DNA of 63,705 nucleotides, filler included, from Bonamia ostreae (lineage: Eukaryota): the NCBI GenBank assembly GCA_040357525.1. It is 49 parts of 49 records of this genome, joined end to end, with 100 filler letters (N's around TTAATTAATTAA, not from the genome) between each part and the next. Parts side by side here need not be neighbours in the genome. Positions count along the whole stretch, not along the records: positions 50,856 to 52,052 come from JBDODL010002383.1; positions 52,153 to 53,348 come from JBDODL010002384.1; positions 53,449 to 54,644 come from JBDODL010002385.1; positions 54,745 to 55,939 come from JBDODL010002386.1; positions 56,040 to 57,234 come from JBDODL010002387.1; positions 57,335 to 58,529 come from JBDODL010002388.1; positions 58,630 to 59,823 come from JBDODL010002389.1; positions 59,924 to 61,117 come from JBDODL010002390.1; 41 more parts are not named here. One strand, given 5' to 3'. Position 1 is the stretch's first letter, and the number at the start of each line of letters is the position of its first letter. Shown here piece after piece: positions 50,856 to 63,705 of the stretch. The notes beneath the pieces were generated by a model that saw only the letters and a program-made list of their open reading frames with translations, had not been told where the DNA came from and searched no databases. The position numbers and the translations under genes are program-made.

Positions 50856-52050
50856 TTCATTTTTCGACTTTCAACGTTCACTTTTTCGACAATTTTTCGT
50901 CTTTTTTCGTCTATTTTTCTGCTATTCGAAAATGCTCTTTTTTCGTCTATTTTTCTGCTATTCGAAAATGCTCTTTTTTCAACTTTTTTGCCATTGATAT
51001 TTCCACGGTCGTTTGCAGAACTGTTTTTGTCAGAAATCTCATTTTCGCCGACAAGATCAAAAACAGGATAAATGTCAATGCACTTCGATATCTGATCAAT
51101 TTTTCTGTTGCATCTATTAAAACCATCCTTCTTCGCACTCACAACAATAATCTTCTGCGATATTTTTTCTCTTTTCCAAAATCTGCATGTCGTCTTAACT
51201 TCGATTGTTATAAAGTACTCACAATTTATTATTTTCCCGTTGAACGATGGATGACAAAGGGAATCCACAAAGAATTTTATATCGAATCGTTTCGTAAAAA
51301 CAAAATTTCGCTTATTTTTGTCCTTTTTCTCGCAATTTAATGGCTGATTTTCGTACGCAAAATTAACATCAATTTCTTTTGAACAAAAATTCTGTTTGGA
51401 AAGTGTTGTTACCGATTCATATTTTCCAGATGAAACAATCTTGTTGAATTTGGCTTTAATCGATTTGACAAAATTGGTGTTCGAGAGAATGATCGAAACG
51501 ACGAACGCTTTGTTTTGCCGAATAACAGTTTTTTGTAATTGCATTTCCATTCGAAATTTTTTTGTCGAAAATGGGTAAAATGGATTATAAGAATGTTTTA
51601 TTTTTGTAGATTTCGAGTTGATTATTTTGACCGGATTGATTGGTAACAAAGATATCTATTGTTTATTAAGTTGCAATCTAAATTTTGGGCGTTAAAATTT
51701 GTTTGCTAAAAATTTTGATATTCAAACTGTAAATTTCAACTTTTGAAAAATTACAATTTACCTTTTTCAAAATTTCGTTGTGACTATATTGTAACAATAA
51801 GTGATAACGAATAAATGCAAGTCCATCTTCGCAAAAGTAACTTTCGAAAGAAGGGTTTAAATTTATTGGAATATTAATAGAAAATGGCACTTCGAAACTG
51901 TCTCTATTTTTTTCAGCCTTTTCAATAAATATGTCTCCTTGATGCAAATCTTTGTTTTTATTTGTTAAAGTCTGATCTAAAAATAAAGATTTATAACATT
52001 TAACAATTAATATTATTTTTATCATCAATGTAACAACTGTTCGACAACAA
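50856..52050 (-). CDS. Alpha-arrestin domain protein fragment
   Basis: VPFSINIP..LNPSFE...IRYHL (arrestin-N) and HPSFNGKIINCEYFITIEV (arrestin-C). Confidence 0.75.
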
Positions 52051-52564
52051 TGNNNNNNNNNNNNNNNNNNNNNNNNNNNNNNNNNNNNNNNNNNNNTTAA
52101 TTAATTAANNNNNNNNNNNNNNNNNNNNNNNNNNNNNNNNNNNNNNNNNNNNATTAGTATGGTTCAGGTATTATTGCGTTATTGCTCTTTTTTACGATGA
52201 AGACATAAACAATCAAGACATCAACGAAATATATTGTCTTTCCTCCCAAGTTCAACGTTAATATATCCAAGCTAGGGTGTGTACAATTACTTAATCCAAT
52301 ACTCCCTGCAAAATTGTGATTCGGTTTTATCTAGTTGGAACTTCACTTTGTACACACCAGTTTTTGCTAGTTTACGTATGTTTGATTCATATTGCATGTG
52401 TTGTCTTTCATCCAATCATCCAATGAAAAGCTATTGAAAAAAGATATATGTGTCAAATATGTAATTGTTCCACTGCTTTTTTAATCCTTTTTCTTTCTCC
52501 CGGGTTGCTGAAGATCTATACTGCATTACTATTATAATTTTAATGTTTTCATTTATTTTTAAAG

Positions 52565-52738
52565 GCTGTATACGAAATTATCCGCTGTTGTCACAGATTT
52601 TGTGAAAATTGCATAGGGAAGATAATTGTGTCTACAGAGACACCGGTTGCTGTAGCAAAATGTCAGTTCTACAATTGTAATGAGTTGTATCCAGTTCCGA
52701 AAGATGATAGTAACCCATCACCCGAGGTAACACCACCT
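52565..52738 (+). CDS. Host RING-finger exon (58 codons)
   Basis: AG|...CCHRFCENC...KCQFYNC...|GTGAGT. Below the ORF-track cutoff. Confidence 0.65.
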
Positions 52739-53902
52739 GTGAGTATCATATTTCCTTGTATTTCACGGCACTGGCTGAATAATTCCACGTAATTATATAT
52801 CATATCCAAACTATTACGGAGGAATAACTTTTTCATAGTCCAAATAATTATATATTTTTTTTTTATTTTTCAGTCTGGTACACAAGAGTCATTAGGTGGT
52901 TCGTATGATTGAATTATATTATTGCTTTTTCTGGGATTATTTCTTGACTCGCATGTTAATCTATTTATAACTTTAGACATAAAAACTTCGATACAGTTGT
53001 GGATTATATATCAGGGATGTAAAGAAACGTCTTTCCAAATGTAGAAATTTTATCAATGTATATTTTAGATTTTTAAACATATAGTAGACCTGCAATTTAT
53101 CAACCCAAGGTTGATTGGTTTTTTGTCCATACTGTTCTTTCTATTTAGATGACAGCTACAATTTGGTAAATCAAAATGGACCTTAACGTCCACTGGATTA
53201 TGATTACTTCTGTTGTGCTAATTGGGTATCATAAACGAAAAGAGGTTCATAGTTTATAACATTCATATTAAAATCTGTATCATATGCGTGTGTGATACTA
53301 AGACACATGGTCAACGTGGTATGCTCCTTCTAAGCACTTGTTGCCACTNNNNNNNNNNNNNNNNNNNNNNNNNNNNNNNNNNNNNNNNNNNNTTAATTAA
53401 TTAANNNNNNNNNNNNNNNNNNNNNNNNNNNNNNNNNNNNNNNNNNNNCAGCAGCCAAAGTATACCATGCGTATGTACACCCATCACTTGAAGTACATTT
53501 CCGTAAGATTCTATATTCCTATGATGACGGTTTCGAAGATGCAGAGGAACGCCTGGAATTTTTGAGAGATGAAGTGGATGAAGAAACACTTCAAAATTAT
53601 TTCGATGAAGCAGTAAGACATCAAGATACAGAACTTCTACAGTGTATCTTAAAGAACAACCATACAAAACTGACTTCCAAAAACATTTTCAACTGTTGTG
53701 TCCATCTACCTAAAGACGATTTCAATAAGGAGTTAGTCTAGTCAATATTCAAAAAACTTCAACATTACCTGAACATTGCAGACTCTGAATAATCATANNN
53801 NNNNNNNAATTCAACACACTGGGATGCCACAGTCTTATAGATGCATCTTTTGTTTGTAAATTAATTACTGCAAGACACCTAGAGTGCACAGATGAGAATG
53901 AC

Positions 53903-54424
53903 ATGTTCATGGATATACTAAAAGATACTAGATGGGTGGACGATGACCTACAATCTTTTCTAGACGTAGCCATTCAATCAAGAAGACCGGTCACTATAAA
54001 AGTTTTGCTTTCGCTCGTTTCCACGATTCCATTTCCAAAGTTTTTTCTGCTTCTTTTTGAGATGGATGAGGAAACTTGTGTTGAAGTATTTCAAAGAGAG
54101 AAGTACCGAGACAGGAAGAATTTGCTGGCTGCCTTACAAAGAGCATGTTTAATGAACATGAAAACATTAGTAAGGGAGATTTTAAAGCAGGGTGTGAAGT
54201 TACAACCAGTTGTTTTGCTCACTGATTTTAGCTTTGGTATAACTGAAATTTTGATAAAAGAATATCCCTGGTGTCTAAGAGAACTGCATGAAATTGAAAA
54301 GATATTAACAAATCCCAGGAGCAATAGGTTACTTAAAAGTGAAATCCAGAAAAAACCTGAAACAGCTGAAAGTGGATCAATCAACACTGATAAGCATACT
54401 GTTCTTTATGAAAGAAATGCTTAG
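53903..54424 (+). CDS. C-terminus of a host helical-repeat (ankyrin-like) protein
   Basis: LDVAIQ...IKVLL and ALQRAC...VREILKQG resemble degenerate ankyrin repeats. Confidence 0.4.
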   Translation: MFMDILKDTRWVDDDLQSFLDVAIQSRRPVTIKVLLSLVSTIPFPKFFLLLFEMDEETCVEVFQREKYRDRKNLLAALQRACLMNMKTLVREILKQGVKLQPVVLLTDFSFGITEILIKEYPWCLRELHEIEKILTNPRSNRLLKSEIQKKPETAESGSINTDKHTVLYERNA

Positions 54425-55749
54425 TCTACTGTTACAATCTACTGTTTCATTTGTTACCAGAGTAGGAACTATCTATATGTATGTATGTATGCAAATATAT
54501 TAAACATAGAAAGCGTTGAAAGCAGTATTACCATATTGTAAATATGTTATGATCATATCTGTTGTGAACAAGTGAAATAACAGTGATCTACATATGTATC
54601 TCGTAAATCCTATTGTAACCGAAAAGGAGAAAATGCGACAGATCNNNNNNNNNNNNNNNNNNNNNNNNNNNNNNNNNNNNNNNNNNNNTTAATTAATTAA
54701 NNNNNNNNNNNNNNNNNNNNNNNNNNNNNNNNNNNNNNNNNNNNCATCACGGGTAAACGGTAAACGATACGGGGTAAAAATAACAACTGAAAGAGGAGGT
54801 CCTGGAAATGATAAATATCAATAAAATGTAAAAGTAAAGTACACAAGTAAATGCAACGACAAAGCTTAATACATAATCGATGTACATGTCGTACAATTGT
54901 AAATACAGCAAACTAACACATATCACATTGGCATCCTTCCATTTGGTAGATTCTCATTTACAGCATTGAAACACTATATTCATGTAGTTCTGGAGCCCTT
55001 CCAAAAATAAACAATCGAGTTTCAACTTCGCCGTTCCTCTTACCACAGATTACCGTTGCATTCGCTGTTTTAACGAGTTCACACAGATCGCCGTCACAAA
55101 TTCTATAGATTTAACCCTTAATTTTCCGCAACAGTGTTAGTACGATGAAAGTGGGCCTATCGTTTTTCTCCCAACGCCCTTGCCCCCTCGTCCTTTTGGT
55201 ATCGTAGTGACATTCCTCAACAACACATCATATCTTGTTTCAGAACTCATAGTAACTATATTTGTAGGCTACATGTATCGTTTGTACTGGAAGTATTGGG
55301 GGCTATCACGTGATGCAATTTGTAAATTCGGAATAAAATAGGTGTACTGGCAGTATATTCAAACTCTCCTGTTATAATATACATGTATATACATTTACTA
55401 TATTTATCTATAGTTCACGATATTCGTTTGGTTGACAACGTATCTGTGTAATGAATTTTACCGTCTGCAATACAATGATAATTATTTTTAGCAGCATTAA
55501 AGACGCAACAGAGAGAGGAAGGTAATATTTGTTAGCTATTGATATCCGTTTCAATTATTGCTCCTTCTATCACCATTGAATACACCTCTTCAACATTCTT
55601 ATAAATGACGTGAAAACTAAACAAAAATTCATATCCATTTGTAGTTTGAGTGTATTGTTCCTTTTTTTTTTTTTTTTGCAGATCTGCGAAAACAGCTTGG
55701 TATTTATAGTTTTAGAAACGTAATGTATTTTAAGAACTTTTAACAATTA

Positions 55750-55939
55750 TTATGGAAATGTGAAAATAACGACCATTGATCAATGTCGTGATTCTTCTAA
55801 AGAATACAAAATTAAGAGTATGGTAAGCACAGACATCTGTGCATACCAAATGTGGGATCAGGTGCCTGGGAAGAATTAACATCCCCTGTTGACAGACCAC
55901 AACCGCAGTAAGTCTTATGTATATCTTTATCAAGTGAAC
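55750..55939 (-). repeat. Second copy of the dispersed host repeat seen at 18315
   Basis: CAGGGGATGTT...GGCACCTGATCCCAC...TTGATCAATGGTCGTTAT. A short remnant also lies at about 910-935. Confidence 0.7.
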
Positions 55940-56039
55940 NNNNNNNNNNNNNNNNNNNNNNNNNNNNNNNNNNNNNNNNNNNNTTAATTAATTAANNNNN
56001 NNNNNNNNNNNNNNNNNNNNNNNNNNNNNNNNNNNNNNN

Positions 56040-56438
56040 TCTTTAGGTTCTTCGATACATTCTCCAAAACTTCTGATGTGTTCACAGTCGCTTGCATCGT
56101 CTAACAAAATTACGATTTTTCGCCAAAAACCTGCAATTTGTTCATTATGTTTCCCAGATACAATTTGGTGTTGTTTAGTTGCGCTCTATCTTTTCTCGCA
56201 GTTGTTATCTGTTTTGCTATTGTTCTCGTCGAACTCTAAATCATTTTATAAATTGGTTAAAATGAACATCGTCTCTTTTGTTCATGGCGGTTTTGAGTTG
56301 AGCCATTGTCTTTTTTTCTCCGATTTCCATTCGATGGATTTCTCTTTCTATTCTGTTGATGTATCTTCTTATTTCTCGAATATTCTTTTTCATCTTTTTT
56401 GCTTCTCTTTGTTTCTTTTTCTTTTCCAAAAAATTCAT
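56040..56438 (-). CDS. ESCRT-III Snf7-family subunit (Vps2/Vps24-like), 5' part; introns 56236-56267 and 56101-56130
   Basis: IRRYINRIEREIHRMEIGEKK...|TRTIAKQI...|TMQAT. Confidence 0.82.
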
Positions 56439-57334
56439 TTTTGGCTAAATTTTATATAAGCTTAAAATTTTTATTAATCAAAAATAGCTTTGTTAATTAA
56501 AATTGTACAGAAGTTTTTAATCTATAGACGTTCCTATTTTATATTTTTATAATTTATTTCATTGACCTTAGGACGACGGAAGATCTTTATTAATTACTAT
56601 GTTTTCCACAGAGGCTGGGTTAGTCGAATTAAAAAAATTACTGCAAAAAATAATGTCATTAGAGCTCCGTCGGTTGACAAATTTAAAATAATTTCTAGTA
56701 AAATAATTTCTTTGGTTGACAAAGAGACAATGAAATTAACTACAGTTAATTAGAAATGAAATTAGATCGTTTAATTGCAAAAACTTTTATGTTGTAGTTT
56801 TAAATGGGCAAATATTAATGGCAAAAACAGTTTAAAATTGTACCGATTTTAAGATAGATGAATCGACCAATGTAAATAAGCGGTAAATAGAACAAAGGAT
56901 GTTCACAAAAACACAATGGTTGCCGATGCCAAGTGATCTATCAAAAGAATTTTTATAGCTTGAGAGATTGCGAGTGACGGCAATGACGGTCCCGTCGTAA
57001 ATCCACGAAAATGAGAACTTAATTTTTCGACATCGATTTGAGTAAAATAAAAAATAATGTAAGGATTTATCCGATGATCTCAAATACTTCTTCTTCGTTA
57101 GAATTTGTATTCGCGGATGGTTTATTCATTGAATCTGTGAGCACTACAGTTTCAGTGGAAAATGTCGAATATTTTTCTTTGGTTTTTAGTGATCTGAAGC
57201 AAAGGATTCTTCTGAAAAAAGAGATCGCCAAGAANNNNNNNNNNNNNNNNNNNNNNNNNNNNNNNNNNNNNNNNNNNNTTAATTAATTAANNNNNNNNNN
57301 NNNNNNNNNNNNNNNNNNNNNNNNNNNNNNNNNN

Positions 57335-58105
57335 ATAAGAACTTTTGCAAATCGAAATGTGTTTCCAAAAATGTCGTTCAAAACAAAAACCTTGAGATAC
57401 TCGACAAAAACAATGTTTCATAAAAACAAACAAAAAGAAACAAAGTGCACATTAAAAACATTGAACAACGATTCGCTGTCGAAGGAGATTTGCCGATGTG
57501 TGTCTATTGCAACAAAATTTTGACAAAAACGAAAACGAAAAAGGACCAAATTTTGCCTCTTAAAAATTTCTTTTGTTCGAACGAATGCCTTCGCGAGTTC
57601 AAAATCAAAACGGCTCCGAATGAAGGAAGAAAGCAGATTTTTGATATCGAAAATGGAGTTTGTCAAGTTTTATTTATATTTTTATTCAATGAACATTTGA
57701 TTGAATTTGCATAACAAAAAGGTGTTATAATGTTTTAAAGAAGTGCGGTATAAATTTGAGAGCACTTTATTTGAGGTTAAAGCCATTGAAGCCGACGCAA
57801 AGAGAAAAATTGCTATTGAAAGTAAAATCCTTTTCAGTGTTGAAAAAAGAGCGCGTTTTAGAAATTTGTGGGAAAAAAAGGTTCAGCGAAGGACTTTTAT
57901 GGCAGGCAGATCACATCGTTCCAGTCCAATTTGGTTTTGTAAACGTTTAAATCAAAAATAAGGCGGAGGCAACTGCCCTATAGAAAACTTTCAAACTTTG
58001 TGCGCCGGTTGCCATTACTCGAAAACTTGCGGACAGGCGAAAAAAGCTACTTCCTTCAGAAAATTTTTACGCGACAAAAAGAAAAACTTTATTGATTTAA
58101 CCTAA
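57335..58105 (+). CDS. ZRANB3: ZRANB3-type annealing helicase/HNH endonuclease C-terminus; introns about 57667-57740 and 57934-57962
   Basis: FCSNEC, ENGVCQ|KC and LWQADHIVPVQFG|GGNC..ENFQTLCAGCH..KT. Confidence 0.85.
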
Positions 58106-58696
58106 ATTTAATTTTTTTATATCGATATTATCGACAGCTCATTCATTTCAACATAAATTTTATTTTTCGATTAATCTAAAAACTTTTAAATGCTAAAATG
58201 ACATATATTTACTACTTATTTTAACAATATTTTATGATTATTAAAATTTATAAAATCATTAAATACAATATAAACTATTAAATTAAAAAAATTTTTTTTA
58301 ATAAAACAAAAACAAAATAATCATTAAATAAACAATAATAAAAACAAATAAAAATTGTGTCAATTTTCTTATGTCACTTCAATCTTGGCAATTTTGTTTT
58401 CTTAAAACCATTTTTCTGGCATTATCTAGTTGAATAGTTTCGTGAACGATATTTTTAAGGGAATGCTGCCTAAATTACAACATGCCCACTTAAAGAGGAC
58501 GGGTTGAAAATATCTTTCATTCCTTATATNNNNNNNNNNNNNNNNNNNNNNNNNNNNNNNNNNNNNNNNNNNNTTAATTAATTAANNNNNNNNNNNNNNN
58601 NNNNNNNNNNNNNNNNNNNNNNNNNNNNNAAACTTGTCTTAAAAACAACAAAAAATTGTCCCGGAAACGACCTTGCTAACAACTCCAACAACAAAG

Positions 58697-59790
58697 CTAC
58701 ACCACTTTGGTGTCAAAGAAACAAGCTCTCACAAAACTCAACAAAGACGACTACGTCGTAACACCGAACGGCGACTATTTCGTCACCCCAAAACTGCAGC
58801 AAGGCCTGCTCCCACAGATTCTCCGCGACTTGCTCCAACAGCGCAAAAAAGCCAAGCGCGACCTTCGCAACGCGAAAGACCCCTTCGCCAAAGGCGTTCT
58901 CAACGGACGCCAAATGGCCCTCAAAATCAGCGCCAACTCCGTCTACGGGTTCACCGGAGCTTCCTCCGGCTCGCTGCCCTGCATCGCGATATCATCTAGC
59001 GTGACGGCCTACGGAAGAGAGATGATCCTCCAAACCAAGCGCAAAGTCGAATCCGAGTTCACCGCCGCGAACGGCTACAAACACGACGCGAAAGTGATCT
59101 ACGGCGACACGGACTCCGTGATGGTCAAATTCGGCGCGAAAAGCGTTCCCGCCGCGATGGAGCTCGGGAAGATGGCCGCCGAAACCGTCACGAAGCTCTT
59201 CAAAAATCCGATCAGTCTCGAGTTCGAAAAAGTGTATCAGCCGTATTTGCTGATGGCCAAGAAACGCTACGCGGGGATGCTGTGGACGGATCCGGACAAG
59301 CCCTCGCACATGGACGCGAAAGGAATCGAGACGGTGCGGCGCGACAACTGCGCTCTGGCCAGAGATCTGGTGCAGAAGTGTCTCGACAAGTTGCTGATCG
59401 AGCAGGACGTCGAAGCGGCGCTCGAGTTCGCGAAGCGAGTCATAAAAAAACTGCTCGTGAACAAGGTCGACTTGTCCAAGTTGGTGATATCGAAGTCTCT
59501 CGGGAAGGCGGCGGACTCGAGCGGGTACAAGGTGAAGTTGCCACACGTGGAACTGGCGAAGAGGATGGCGAAGCGAGACAGCGGCAGCGCGCCGATGGTG
59601 GGCGACCGAGTGGCGTATGTGATCGTGCAGGGCCAGAAGGGCGCGCGGCAGTACGAAAAGGCGGAGGACCCGATTTATGTGCTTGAGAAGGGGCTGCCAA
59701 TCGACACAGCGCATTATTTGGAGCACCAGTTGAAAATGCCTTTGGAGAGGATTTTTTCGCCGATTATCGGCAATGTCAATCAACTTTTGT
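58697..59790 (+). CDS. POLD1: DNA polymerase delta catalytic subunit, large exon
   Basis: GRQMALKISANSVYGFTG, VIYGDTDSVMV, KKRYAG, KGIETVRRDNC and VGDRVAYV. Confidence 0.96.
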
Positions 59791-60078
59791 GTTTTTGTTT
59801 TTGCGTCGATTTTAGAGCGTTTTNNNNNNNNNNNNNNNNNNNNNNNNNNNNNNNNNNNNNNNNNNNNTTAATTAATTAANNNNNNNNNNNNNNNNNNNNN
59901 NNNNNNNNNNNNNNNNNNNNNNNTATTTCGTTTCTTCATTTTTTCAAAGCAATATTTAAAAAGCACCAAAAATTTTTTCTCAAAACTTTTTCTGCGAAAA
60001 TTTTTAAATTAGCGCAAAATTTTAAATTTTCATAACACGAACATTTATCTTCAAACTACAAAACTCGCGCAAATCAAA

Positions 60079-60956
60079 ATGGCTCTAGCGATAGACGACC
60101 AAATTTTAAATAAAATATCTTCAAATCCCTTTCAAACGAAAAAATACTTAAAATCGACGCAAAGCCAAATCGATCAGATTTTCACATTGAAGCAACCTCT
60201 AATTCCCGGTTTGAGTCAACACACCACTCTTTTGCAATTCGCTTGTGTCAAAAACAATACTAAGATGATTCGATGGCTCTTAGAAAATGGCGCAGATCCC
60301 AACGCCTTTGTTAGAAAATGCTTTGATATTAATTCTTTCCCGCCTGTTTTTGTTCAACTAAATTTTTCAAAAAATTTTTAATTTCCAATTTTAAAAAAAT
60401 TGCAGATAAATTTGTGCATAATATATTCGCAGAAAAAATCTGAAAAAGCGATCAAGAACATCGAACTGCTTGTTAAGCACGGATCGAAATTGAACGAAAA
60501 AAGTCAATTTAGCAGTTATCCGCTCCGTTTTTAAATCCAAATTAGAATTGTCGCTTAGCATTGTAAACGAAAGCGATTTTGAAACTTGGAAAATCCCGAT
60601 GTTTTTGGTCATATCTGGGGCAAAAACGAAAAACATAAAGAAAAATCGCTTTAACAAGGCGCCCGGTTTTAAAATTAATTTTTAATTCGTTAAATTTAAT
60701 TTTTAAAGAAAAATTATTGTCGATCTTACGAAAATTGGAAATTGAGCGGAACAATGAAATCTTAAGAGCGAAAAAATGGGTCAGCAAAATTAGCCCATTT
60801 TGCAATATCTTTAAAATTCCATGTAACAAAAATCCGAATGAATGGAAAAGCTGTTCTGTAATGTTAAACAGACATATTAAGAACAAAATATTAAATTTCG
60901 CTGTGCCTTTTTCAGAAAATAAAAGTCCGAACAGCTGTCGGAATGAGCTATTGTAA
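60079..60956 (+). CDS. Ankyrin-repeat protein, multi-exon (protist)
   Basis: TLLQFACVKNNTKMIRWLLENGADPN and IELLVKHGSKLN. Confidence 0.7.
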
Positions 60957-61539
60957 AAACGGTGGCGATTGATAAATGAATTGCTCCATATTTTTCGTAC
61001 AAATTAGACAGAATTAAAAATTTATTTAAATTTGGTTTGAAAGCTTATTAAGAAGAGCTTAAAATGCAACATTTGAAAACAAATGTAGTTTGGAATTACA
61101 AATTTTGAAATTTTCATNNNNNNNNNNNNNNNNNNNNNNNNNNNNNNNNNNNNNNNNNNNNTTAATTAATTAANNNNNNNNNNNNNNNNNNNNNNNNNNN
61201 NNNNNNNNNNNNNNNNNGTAAACTTTAAATCAATGATTCATAACTATACAATTGTACATTTCAGTGTATATAGCGCTTTACATCATTTAGAATTTTGTTA
61301 TTTTAAATATATCAATACATGCACTTCAACAATGAATAATAATTAAGAATGTTAATATGAAAATCGGTAATATTTGTATTTTCATATAAAAATAATTTAT
61401 TCTGGGTTTAAAATCGATGAAGAAATGCCCGCATTTTTTCAATGATTGTAGTAACATTACTTCTGAATCTTTATAGATATAATACGTCCACTTTAACTAT
61501 CATTCAAGAGAATTGAAAGCAGAAATGAAATACAAGTCT

Positions 61540-62411
61540 GAAAATACATGCTGTGTTCTCTCGCGTAAATTCATAATGAAAAACTTGAAGCGTGAGATGT
61601 TGTAATGTCGTAGACTAACACATTTGCTTACTGGACTGAGTTTGTGATACTTTTCTGCGCAAGTGAATGAGCAAGTGATGTGTCAATGTTTTGTACGCTA
61701 ACGTAAATAATAAGAAACATGAAATGTGAGGGGTTAGAAAAACAGTATGTTAACTTAATATCCGCGAGTGTCTGACCCATAGTTGCCGTGTTCCCTTCCG
61801 TGAATATATGTAATGAGATACTTGAAGAATAAAGTGTTGTTATAATGTTGAATAGAGCTGTGTCATCTTTTAAAAAATATCCGTGAATGTATGAACTAGT
61901 GACACAATCATGTATTTCCTACCGTAAATAATGAAGAAAAAATGTGTAATGGAGCGCGTTGCTACAATGTACGTCATAGAATAACGCAGTATTTACTTGA
62001 CTGAGTGTGATGTTTTTCTGTGCGATTGTATGAACTAGTAACGCAACTGTGTTGTGTTTCCTAACGTAAATAATGAGAACTTAGAGTGCGAGACGTTGTT
62101 ATGACACATAATAACGTTTTATTAACTTAATTTGCGCGATTGTATGATTCAATGATGTTGTGCTCTCTCGCGTATCTAATGACATATTGGTGTTATGTTG
62201 TAGAATGACGGTATAGCGTAATATTGATAAAAGTCTTATTATGTCATAGAATAATGCATTCCCTTATCGGGTGCGTATGTGGTATTTTTTAGCGCAAACG
62301 TATGAGCCAGTTAAGCGTCCATATTGTGTTCGCTAACGTAAATAATAAGAAGTATGCAGTAAGAGGCGTTAGAATGACGGTATGTTAACTTAATTTCCTC
62401 AAGTGTATGAC
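61540..62411. repeat. Degenerate tandem (satellite-like) repeat, probably host
   Basis: CTA(A/C)CGTAAATAAT recurs at about 61698, 61919, 62061 and 62333. Confidence 0.7.
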
Positions 62412-62573
62412 NNNNNNNNNNNNNNNNNNNNNNNNNNNNNNNNNNNNNNNNNNNNTTAATTAATTAANNNNNNNNNNNNNNNNNNNNNNNNNNNNNNNNN
62501 NNNNNNNNNNNAATATTTATTAATTATTTTATATTCTTTTTATTGATTTTTTTAAATTTAGTTAAAAAAAACT

Positions 62574-63430
62574 TGAGAGGATCGTTTATCATTAAAGGCG
62601 ATATTTTTTCGTTAATTTTAGCTTTTCCGCCTAAAATGTTATGATCGATTTCATCTCTTTCTTCTAAAATTCCCAAATCCTTCAAATTTTCGCCATTATC
62701 AATTTTAGATTTTTCGCTCAAAATTTTTTCACCGGAAATTTTCACTTTTGCAAATTTTTCGCCGCCCATTTTTTTGAGATTTTCTGAACGCCGCACAACG
62801 CAAAATTTGAAACCGACATTTGTCAGTTTCAACTTTCCGAAAGGCACATTAACAGAAGCAACCACTTCAATTTCGCCAATCACATTGTTATTGTTCTCGA
62901 TTTTCAGTTTCTTCTCCAAATCGACTTCTCCGACCAAATTGGATAATTTGAGTTGGCACTTTCCAATTTTTTTGTCTTTGAAAATGCCTTTTTGCACTAA
63001 AACAAAATCGATTTTGGCTTTGCGCATTTTAAGCGAGAGCCCTTTTTTCCGCGTAACGGAAAGCATTATCGATTTGTTGATCGGAACAACTGTTTTTTCA
63101 TTGTCCACTTTTGCCGCAACTTGGACTTTTCCGGTTTCTTGCGGATTCGCGTCGCCGCCGAAGACGAAGGAATGGACCAGATCAAATTTCTTCGGGGTCT
63201 TTTTGCGGAAAGTGGCGGAATTTATAAAGACTTTTATTTTGTTGAAAGGGATTTCCATGTTGCGCACTTCTTTGATGAGCGGGATTTGTTTTGTTGTGAC
63301 GTTGGGGCATTTCTGGTTAGTTTTGTGGCAGTTCTGGGCGTATTCCAAGTCGTCTTTCGTTTTCTGGAGAAGTTTGTTGTAGTGGTTAGAGAGATTGTCG
63401 TTAGGCGCGATTTTGAGGATTTGGATTTTT
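62574..63430 (-). CDS. CC2D1/Lgd-like C2-domain protein exon
   Basis: RKAKIDFVLVQKGIFKDKKIGKCQLKLSNL...GEIEVVASVNVPF resembles the CC2D1 C2 domain. Confidence 0.55.
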
Positions 63431-63705
63431 TCTGAAATGATTGTTTTTTGCCGCTTTTAAGAAAGTGGTTTTTGTTGTGATTTTTAAATTTTTTGTTTTT
63501 ATTTTGTGTTGTGATTTTTTTAATGCAAATTTTTTATTGCGATTTTAATATTTTTTTATGTTTTTATTTTTGCAAATTTTTTATTGCGATTTAATATTTT
63601 TTTATGTTGTTACTTTTGTAATTTTTTTTATTTTGTTAATTTTGCAAATTTTTTATTGCGATTTTAATATTTTTTTTATTTGTTATTTTTGCAAATTTTT
63701 TATTG

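Noticed and set aside
55730-55933. 67-aa ORF containing GMLILPRHLIPHLV (and 910-1191 MITVRYL)
   Set aside because: These are spurious translations of the dispersed host repeat.
56818-57000. Possible micro-exon chain with a 19-nt intron (GTAAATAAGCGGTAAATAG)
   Set aside because: No recognisable protein anchors the frame, so it cannot be supported without RNA data.

Overview
This window is not one locus. It is a pseudo-scaffold of 49 unrelated short contigs of about 1,209 down to 1,194 bp, sorted by length and joined by an artificial 100-nt linker (N44-TTAATTAATTAA-N44, stops in all six frames), so no synteny can be read across linkers. At least four sources are mixed. (1) An animal host, probably a bivalve/oyster (inferred from repeat families and long introns with GTRAG-type donors). 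(2) An AT-rich, compact-genome protist (Cpn60, NNT, Pol delta, Pol zeta, PP2A, CstF-50, XPO7, SLBP and others), consistent with a haplosporidian/ascetosporean parasite such as Bonamia (inference only). (3) A CRESS ssDNA virus fragment. (4) A phage-type ERF + YqaJ recombination module. The best leads are three. First, a CRESS-virus Rep lies tail-to-tail with an acidic orphan ORF carrying an LxCxE Rb-binding motif, an IkB-like DSGVDS beta-TrCP degron and a possible Fbw7 degron. Second, the protist has many 20-40 nt spliceosomal introns with GTTT donors and A-rich acceptors. Third, its GC-rich exons show a C-to-G skew flip independent of gene orientation. All gene calls come from motif recognition by eye; no searches were run.
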